The notes below the pieces were generated by a model, which was given only the letters and a program-made list of their open reading frames with translations, made no database searches and was not told the DNA's origin. 64,000 nucleotides of DNA from Octopus vulgaris (lineage: Eukaryota). The position numbers were made by a program, and so were the translations under genes. Shown in pieces: positions 54,805-64,000 of this stretch; the stretch's first letter is position 1; each line of letters opens with the position of its first letter. The stretch lies in NCBI GenBank assembly GCA_951406725.2, contig OX597815.1, positions 21,638,001-21,702,000 of the forward strand, written 5' to 3'.

Positions 54805-55916
54805 AATGGAAATTATGTTGAACAAATAATATGAGATAATGCAAAATTAAAACAGGGTTGCTACTATGTTGACCAACACTCAGTCATACAAGATCTTAAA
54901 TGCAAATATATACCCATACGTACACGCTGACTAACACAGACATGCGCATTCCATCAAAATCTGTCCTAAGCCAACAACGTCAAGGTACGTATAAAGCAGC
55001 AATTATTTCTCCCTTCAGCCTTATTGTGAAGGTAATTTCCTTGGGCGCACAAGCGTAGATTTAATTTTCTCATTTGTCTTTGAAAACAACCATGTGCAGC
55101 CATTGTTGACGGAAAACTTTGACATGTGTTAATAAGACAGTTGAAACAACCCGTTGATTAATGACTATATTGATTAGTGAGTTGACCAACAAGCTCTGAC
55201 CACTTATTTATTCTTAGTAAGACCGGTTACTTGTAACTTCATGCCAACTGATGAATATTTCCTAGGGGCAGAGAGGAAAGCGGAAGATGAAGTAGGGAAG
55301 AAAAATAGATAGATAGAGATAGATAGATAGAGAGATAGATAGAGAGAGAGTAAAAGAGAAAATGTAAGAGTGGGAGAAAAGGAGACAGAGGGAGATGAGA
55401 AAATGCAGGGGGTTGCAAGCGAAAAGCGGATGAGAGGATGCAGAGAAATAAAGAAAGACATTGACCTTAGAAAGACAAACTAGTTTGCTAAAAATATCTT
55501 TATCTGTCTATCTATCTATCTGTCTATATATATGTGTGTGTGTATATATGTATGCGTATGTATGTATGTATGTATGTATGTATGTGTTTACATATATCAA
55601 TTCATATATAGGACAACAAATTAGGGTCGAGATTAGCATATTCGTGTGTATACCGTATACAGATATTCACGCATATACCAATGCATATACGGACTTGTCC
55701 TGACACTTAAATATACATGCATATGAACAAATCCATATACACATCCATATAAATATATATGTATATCAAATAATATACACATGTATACCGGCATGCACTT
55801 TCACGATTCAGTGTGGTTCCATTTCTAACACACACACACACATACATATATTCACTGCATTCCAGATCCAATATACATGCATATATATGTATGTATGCTT
55901 GTGTGTGTGTATATGA

Positions 55917-55985
<69 letters not shown>

Positions 55986-56094
55986 ATAAAATAACAAAAT
56001 AATAAATAAAACATTTGCATGGCGGTGCCCCAGCATGGCCACAGCTCATTAGCTGAAACTTGAAAAATCAAAATCAAATCATATATACATACAT

Positions 56095-56380
56095 AACTGT
56101 ACGTACCTACATCTATATGTATATATACATGCATATATGGATACAGGATACCAAAAAACGTCGAACACAATGAGAAACGAAAACATAAAAACTGAACCAT
56201 AGAAACGGATATTTTTTTGAACAACGAAAAAACTGGGTACAAGACATACAATACAAAGAAAGTTCCCCTTCTTCAGCCGCCTCCGTTTCGTCTACTCCGT
56301 GTTTCGAAGGTAAAGGCGAGACACGACTTCGGTGAAACGCTCCTTCCCGCAAAGCAAATTAAATAAAATTTGAGATTTTT
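56095..56380 (-). mobile_element. Penelope-like pLTR fragment, same family as 37040-37260
   Basis: Shared sequence; the minus strand has CCTTC-GAAAC-ACGGA-GTA...CTGAAGA-AGGGG. Confidence 0.55.
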
Positions 56381-56975
56381 TGCGGAGGGGTAAAATTGGT
56401 AACAAAAATAGGACAGTAAAAACAATAAAAGATAGTAAAAATACAAATAAAAACAGTAAACGACAGGACAAGTAGAATAACAGTAAAACAAATGGTAAGG
56501 GCTGTTAAGCCGAACGAAGGAAAAATTATTTTGATAGCGTGAGAACAACGGGATAGGAAGCCGTCTACACTTGTTGAAGGATGTGGTCAGAAAGACAGAA
56601 GCCCTCTGGTCACATGTCAGCGACGAGAGGGAGGAGGAGGGGTAGTAAGAGAAAGGGAACGGTGAAAAGGAGAGAATGGTAGAGAAAACCAGAAAGAATG
56701 AAGAATGAGAGGGGGGCAGTGACGAGAGGGATAATATATCCATAAATATGTATAGATACAAGTCATGCATCCAAACATACATATGCATACACGTACATAA
56801 AAACATACAAATATATACATTTACAAACATATACATACACAAAATCGTATATATACATATTTATGTGTGTGTATATATGTATATGGGTATGTGTGCGCGC
56901 ATGTATGTATGTATGTATGTATGTATGTATGTATGTATGTATGTATGCATGTATGTATGTATGTATGTATGTATA

Positions 56976-57208
56976 TATTTCTTTACTACCCACAAGGGGC
57001 TAAACACAGCGGAGACAAACAAAGATAGACAAACGGATTAAGTCGATTGCATCGATCCCAGTGCGTAACTGGTACTTAATTTATCGACCCCGAAAGGATG
57101 AAAGGCAAAGTAGACCTCAGCGGAATTTGAACTCAAAACGTAACGGCAGACGAAATACGGCTACGCATTTCGCCCGGCGCGCTAACGTTTCTGCCAGCTC
57201 GCCGCCTT
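56976..57208 (-). mobile_element. SINE family A inserted in (TATG)n
   Basis: Homology to family A. Confidence 0.92.
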
Positions 57209-57632
57209 AAATGTATGTATGTATGTATGTATGTATGTATGTATGTATGTATGTATGTATGTATGTATGTATGTATGTATGTATGTATGCATGTATGTAT
57301 GTATACGCATACATACACCATACATGTTCGGAATCAAAATCGGGTAAGTAGTTTAATCTTAATCTGCATTTCTTGAAAATCGAACAATTAAATCGTCGAG
57401 GTGTCATTTTAGCTATGCAAGTGGAATTGCACCAGGGTCCAGGTTGCAAAAACACAACGAAACCTTTTGACATTTCATAAGAATCTGTACTAATAATAAA
57501 TATACGTAGAGTGCATGTAACGGTTTTTGCGTGTTCTTTATGGTTAAAAATCTTTCCTGACACATTTGTTATACATATATATATACACACACATAAAAAC
57601 ATGCATACATACATACGTACATGCATATTTAT

Positions 57633-58100
57633 AGCGAGAGAGAGCGAGAGAGCGAGAGATAGAGAAAGAGATAGAGTGAGAGCGAGAGAGAGCGAGAGAG
57701 CGGGATAGAACGAGAGAGAGAGAGAGAGAGAGCGCGGGATAGAAGGAGAGAGAGAGAGAGCGAGAGAGAAGGAGAGAGAGCGAGAGAGAGGGAGAGAGAG
57801 CGAGAGATAGAGAGAGAGATAGAGAGATAGAGTGAGAGCGAGAGAGCGAGAGAGTGGGATAGAACGAGAGAGAGAGAGAGAGAGAGTGGGATAGAACGAG
57901 AGAGAGAGAGAGAGCGAGAGATAGAGAGGGAGATAGAGTGAGAGCGAGAGAGCGAGAGAGGGGAGAGAGAGAGAGAGAGAGAGAGTGGGATAGAACGAGA
58001 GAGAGAGAGAGAGCGAGAGATAGAGAGAGAGATAGAGTGAGAGCGAGAGAGCGAGAGAGTGGGATAGAACGAGCGAGAGAGAGAGAGAGAGCGGGATAGA

Positions 58101-58147
<47 letters not shown>

Positions 58148-58175
58148 GAAGGGAGAGAGGGAGAGAGAGAGAAGT
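57633..58175. repeat. GA-rich higher-order repeat with recurring GGGATAGAACGA and GATAGAGTGAGAGC
   Basis: Direct reading. Confidence 0.9.
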
Positions 58176-58855
58176 AAAGAGAAAGTGTGATGGATAAATT
58201 TTTGTATGTATGTGACAGTATACAGAAGCTAGATTGTGTGAAAAGAAAGACAGCGGACAAGAGAAAGAATTATGGAACTGTAAAGCTATAAAGCTTCAAA
58301 CTTTTCATTGATATATTACGAAGGAAATGGTTTCTGGTACAGTTTAATGGTTCAGTGTTTTATCTTCTTTTGATAGTCTTGATTTTCATGCCACTCGGTC
58401 TTAACATGATTTCAACTTTGACATTACACACAAGATGATCGAAAAGTTGAATATGCTAACAGATAATTCACTGCTATGAGACAAGTTTATCTGGTATACT
58501 AGATACGCTGACTTAAATCTACAAAATCTTGGCTTGAATCATCTGGCAGAATACGCAACACAAATAACAAACACATTGAAAATGTATTAACACGTTTCTA
58601 TTAGAGCCAGTCCAGTCTATCAATCATGAAACTCCTTATAATGACCACTGGAAGTAAGGATAATAAACATCATATAAATCTATTATATACAAACGTTGTC
58701 ATTGTACGGCTGGCATCATGATTAGAGAGTCATGTGATATTGAACAGTCCATACAATAGATAAGATATAGCAAACAAGTTGTCAATAATAACAAAAAAAG
58801 TAATATGGGTATACAGGAAATTAGAAATATAATTTTGCAAAAACGAACAAAGTCA

Positions 58856-59356
58856 TCACTCACTCACTCATTCACTCACTCACTCACTCACTCACCCATC
58901 CACTCACTGACTCGCTCACTCACCCATCCATCCACTCACTCACTCACCCATCCATCCACTCACTCGCTCGCTCACTCACTCACCCATCCACTCACTCGTT
59001 CGCTCACTCACTCACCCATCCACTCACTCGTTCGCTCACTCACTCACCCATCCACTCACTCGTTCGCTCACTCTCTCACCCATCCACTCACTCGTTCGCT
59101 CACTCACTCACCCATCCACTCACTCGTTCGCTCACTCACTCACCCATCCACTCACTCACTCACTCACTCACTCACTCACTCACTCACACTCACTCACACA
59201 CTCACACTCACTCACACACTCACTCACTCACTCACTCACTCACTCACTCACTCACACACACACACTCACTCACTCACACTCACACACACACTCACACTCA
59301 CTCACACACTCACACACTCACACACTCACTCACACACTCACTCACTCACACACTAA

Positions 59357-59400
<44 letters not shown>
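58856..59400. repeat. (CACT)n with a 28-bp higher-order unit CACTCACCCATCCACTCACTCGTTCGCT, ending in (CA)n
   Basis: Direct reading. Confidence 0.9.
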
Positions 59401-59402
<2 letters not shown>

Positions 59403-59999
59403 CAAGTATGTACACACATGTTATAGATTGGTAGAATCACATCCGTGAAACAAAATTAAGTGAAAGCACTCAATGCTATGAGGTAGGGTAGAAAAATAAC
59501 TTAATCTTTTCGAATTTCGAGTTCACGTTTTCAATTGTTCTAGCGATGAAAGTATGAAAGCAACGTGACAATATATAAGCAGAAATATTCGCAAACAAAA
59601 GGAAATATGTTTAAACATTTCTACATGGAGAAACGTCACACTTTCTCACTACATTGGTCACACTTCCAAGAAAATCGTTCGAAAATACGTCACACATTCA
59701 TTTATTAAATGCAATGCTCAGAATACGCAATATTACCATCTATTCAAGTGCCCCAAACTACGTGTTGTTTACATTTATTCAGTATCTATTCAGTATCAGT
59801 TGTATAAATCGCACAGGAAACGAAATATAATAGTATATTCTATATTCTAATAATGATTATCGATAATGTGGGCTACAATTGTATAAAAATGTCGCATTGT
59901 ATACTATGTATTTAGAGAAGAGACATATCCGATCTGGACACGCAAAAATCCTCTTATTAGTGTAATTTCAACATCACAAACATCTGATAATCCAAGCGT

Positions 60000-60345
60000 A
60001 TGAGCCTTTCTAAAGCAAAAAAATATCGAGCTAAGGTCTTACTTGGAGATGGCATTGAAATAAAAAAGTGTATATAAGACTTACTGAAAATCTTTTTAAA
60101 AGATTATGTTACATATATGTATACATTCAGTTATCCAGAAACGCCTTACTACCTCATTGTCTAAATATATCTCGAATTTAAAGGATGTTAATAGAAACAA
60201 TTTTATGATAGATTGGTCTATTATAGAAAACGCGCTCCATTTCATTAATTGCTCCAAAAGGTACAATTTTTATCTCTCGGTAAAGTATAATTTAATATTT
60301 TGCAATTTAGATCAAACCAGTCAAGTGAGTGAATTTTGCTGACAT
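60000..60345 (+). pseudogene. Penelope-like (Neptune-type) GIY-YIG endonuclease remnant
   Basis: YRAKV...VYIRLTENLFK / TSLSKYISNLKD...IDWSIIENA...CSKRYNFYLSVKY resembles IY.A.V...YIGLTE..FK...T.LSKYIW.LKD....W.II......RC.LCL.EKY. Confidence 0.75.
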
Positions 60346-61613
60346 ATTCAACACTATTTAATGATGAATGTTCAGTTACCAATTGGCTGAAATATTTTAT
60401 CTACTATATATGATAGCATAATTAAATATACAAATGATCATATAATTAAAATGCATTCATTCATTAAATTAAAACATCATTCACCAAGAGCTGCTTGATT
60501 TTCTTACTAAAGACATGAAAAACTTACAAATTTACTAAAGACAGGAAAAACTTACAAATTTTCTGAGGTTAACAGAAGAAAATGTCAGGTAGCAATGAAT
60601 ATATTAGTGTGTGATGTATTTCCCAACATTTTTTCCGGGCAACCAATCAAATCTTGACGTAATGTTGTTTATTAATATATCAATGTATTAGCACTTGTCT
60701 TTATATGCAACTTGGACTGTTCTATTCTGTTGTGCCAGTCTGGCGGTCGAATTTTCCGGATAACAAACATGAAATCTGTTATACACACATTTTTACTTAT
60801 ATACGCAGAAATGGGCCCCGCTAATAAAAGCTAGGAGATTATTGTAGTTATTTCTCAAATATATTTCTTAATATATCGTTATATCATGGTAACAACATAC
60901 TCGATATACGAATGCTATATATAATAATGTTATCTGATATACATGTATATTATATAGCTTTATTATAGAATTCGTGTATCGGGCATAAATATCAATTTAC
61001 AACAGACATGTTTATTTCTGATACTCTTTCGTATTTTCAACAGAAATAGAAAATACATTTTATTTAAATAGCCGAGCTGGATCAACAGCCATTAGAACAA
61101 AAAGTTTCCTCACCCAGCGTCGTCAACATCACATAAAAACCAATTTGCATATAAATACAAGTATTTGTACAAAATTTATCTTCATTCACAAAATACGAAT
61201 AAGTCTTAGGAGTATATGTGTGTGTGAGTGTGTGTGTATATGTGTATGTAAATTGGCATTTATTTTAATACTAATACTCATATTTCTTAGTGTATTTTTC
61301 TTTTATATTTAGACATGCGTATTAACTCTGTTTCTACTTAATTTATCATCTATAAATAATGCCTATTATCATCGCTTGTTTTTTCCTCTTCCCCTTATTT
61401 CGGTATAAACTCTTATCGAAAGACATCCTTATTTCCCTTGTTTCACTTTTTTCCCCCAAAATAATTTTCTGTTTTCATTCTTTCCTGTATAGTTTAACAG
61501 TTCGTGCAAGGTTCGTCTTTTTATACTTCTTAGTCACACTTTTTCACACACATACGCTCCACACTACACTCACACACATATACACATATATGTACATATA
61601 TATGTATAAATCA

Positions 61614-61836
61614 AAGGCGGCGAGCTGGCAGAAACGTTAGCACACCGCGCGAAATGCGTAGCTGTATTTCGTCTGCCGTTACGTTCTGAGTTCAAATTCC
61701 GCCGAGGTCGACTTTACCTTTCATCCTTTCGGAGTCGATAAATTAGGTACGCTGGGGTCGATGAAATCGACTTAATCCGTTTCTCTGTCCTTGTTTGTCA
61801 CCTCTGTGTTTAGCCGCTTGTGGGTAGTAAAGAAAT
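61614..61836 (+). mobile_element. SINE family A
   Basis: Homology to family A. Confidence 0.92.
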
Positions 61837-61913
61837 ATATATATATATGTATATATAAAAATATGATTTAACACACATATAAATATACATATATACTTTG
61901 GGTGAGAATGGTT

Positions 61914-61964
<51 letters not shown>

Positions 61965-62449
61965 GTATGTATACATACACGCATATACACTCACGCACAC
62001 ACACACATGCACGCACGCACAAAAATATATGAAAGTGTGTTGCAATGTGTGTAAATAATATAAATGTTTGAAAAACATTTGAGCAATGCCGGCCAGATCA
62101 GTAAGATGATATAAGTGAACGAAAACAATGGGAAAAATATTGTATAACTTTACGTAAGTCTTTTGATGATCTTATAATATTTCGGGAAAGTTCGCTCCTT
62201 TCAAATCGAGGAAAAAAAACTAGCAAAATGTTCGGAGAAATGAGTCGCTCTTCTAGTGACGAGAATTCTAGGCGGTCTGCCGGTAACGGCACATTTCTCT
62301 GAACATTTCATTATATTCTCTGAATATTTGATTATATTTGAAAAAAGTAAATCTTTCGCGAAATATAGGGTTATTAAGGTATCTTTGTAAAGTAATACAT
62401 ATTTACATATTTACCTATTTTCTCACTTGCATCATTACTTAGTTCTTTT

Positions 62450-62495
<46 letters not shown>

Positions 62496-62554
62496 ACATA
62501 CTCCCGCATATGTATAAATATAATATAATATAATATAATATATATATATATATA

Positions 62555-63131
62555 TTCAAATTAATAATAAAAGGGTAAAATTAATTAATTAAATTAATTA
62601 AGTAATCAATCAATTAATTAATAATTTTACCAAGTAGCTCGGTACGTTAAAACAATCTTAAGTAAAATTATATAAATATTCTATAATTATAAACACAATT
62701 GTTTGTATTATAGTGCATTGTTGTACCATTCAAAACTTTTTATTCATTACAATCATAATTATAATTAGAGGTCAGCTAATTGCTTCACCACATACCGAAT
62801 TTAGAAATAGGAGTTAAAAATTCCTTTTCTACTACTGTAAGAATCTCCTCGATAGAAACACACTTTTTTACGTAGGCAAAGAAAAGAACATTGAATCAAC
62901 ACGACTCCGATTAGCCACAGACGCGTTTCGAGATTAAAGTGCTTTAAAATTACTTACTTCTCTCCTCAGTGTTGATTCATTGTTTTTCTCTTTGCCTACG
63001 TAAAAAAGTGTGTTACTGTCGTGGAGATTCTTACAGTAGTAGAAAAGGAATTTTTAACTCCTATTTCTAAATTCGGTATGTGGTGAAGCAATTAGCTGAC
63101 CCCTAATTATAATTAAGTTTATAATTATAGA

Positions 63132-63134
<3 letters not shown>
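62555..63134. mobile_element. Fold-back Penelope-like insert with 147-bp inverted arms
   Basis: Arms at 62756-62902 and 62969-63115, plus an outer pair at 62677-62694 and 63117-63134; flanked by (TA)n and (CA)n. Confidence 0.85.
62915..62974 (-). ncRNA. Type I minimal hammerhead ribozyme with canonical core
   Basis: CAACA-CUGAGGA-GAGA...UCUC-GAAA-CGCG-UC|UGUGG: intact core, G10.1-C11.1 pair, palindromic stem III ACGCGU, GUC cleavage triplet. Confidence 0.75.
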
Positions 63135-63209
<75 letters not shown>

Positions 63210-63519
63210 TCACGTATGTATGTATGTATGTGTCTATGTGTATACTTATACCTTTATCCATTAAGGCATCATCAAAATAGCTTTATAATGGTGAAAAATC
63301 TATATTCAACCCAGACGCAGACATAATTGATAGACACACTAATTATAAACTAGTAAGGATTTGAATTATCTGAAAATAACCTGTATTATCAATAAGTTCT
63401 CCATCTCGCTTACCAACAGTTAACGCATGCGTACACACACGCACATACGAGAACACACATGCCCACACGCACATACACACCCACTCAGCGATGTAGTTTT
63501 ATTGTTAAGTTTCTTTTTA

Positions 63520-63735
63520 AAGCGGCTAACTGGGAGAATCGTTAGCGCACCGGACAAAATGCTTCGCGGAATTTCATCCGTCTTTACGTTTTGAGTTCAA
63601 GTACCGATGACATCGACATACCTTTTTATACTTTCGGGGACGATGAAATAAGCACCAGTCAACTACTGGAGTCGATGTAGTCTAATAGCCTCCTCCCAAA
63701 TTTCAAGCCTTGTGTCTATAGAAGAAAGGATTATA
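63520..63735 (+). mobile_element. Diverged SINE family A variant
   Basis: Homology to the family A head and core. Confidence 0.75.
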
Positions 63736-64000
63736 GGGTTTCTGCTTCACTGTACGCTTTTTCTTCCTTTGTCCTCCAAACAACCGTCTCCTCTCTATTT
63801 ATTTCTGATGTCTTCATCCTCAGTAGTGAGTTGCCCACTTGAACTAAGCATTGTAAATGTTAGTTCATAACCCATTCTAAATGCAATCTGAGAAGACGAA
63901 AAGATGAATTCGCTGTTACATAAAGATAAATATAATGTACAACTATTGAGTTATTTCTCGTAATTCTACTTTTTAACACACACACACACACACATACACA

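Noticed and set aside
58440-58790. Possible very old RTE reverse transcriptase remnant (LSLYG, DKF-like words)
   Set aside because: Too degraded to support without a profile search.
63795-63825. Minus-strand CTGAGGA-TGA(AGACA)TCA-GAAA motif (similar weak hit at 52050-52080)
   Set aside because: Stem I and stem III do not form, and there is no pLTR-like or inverted-repeat context.

Overview
AT-rich eukaryotic intergenic or intronic DNA. The SINE repertoire and extreme microsatellite load point to a coleoid cephalopod, most likely Octopus (inference). I can support no intact protein-coding gene, tRNA or rRNA, and most supplied ORFs are microsatellite or SINE read-throughs. The window is a mosaic of three groups of tRNA-derived SINEs (about 35 copies, several with target-site duplications, TSDs), decayed LINEs (L1/Tx1, CR1, RTE) and a Penelope-like GIY-YIG endonuclease remnant. 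It also holds maT (DD37D) transposase pseudogenes, non-autonomous Helitrons, MITEs and two solo LTRs. The most notable signal is a set of short inserts carrying minimal hammerhead-ribozyme (HHR) cores. Five are fold-backs with inverted arms, two related ones have 12-bp TSDs, and one HHR (62915-62974, minus strand) has a fully canonical core. Secondary signals are a TSD-flanked local templated duplication, an RTE C-terminus with three C2H2-like fingers, and a duplicated exon-like segment with excess synonymous changes. All coordinates were read by eye and may be off by a few bases.
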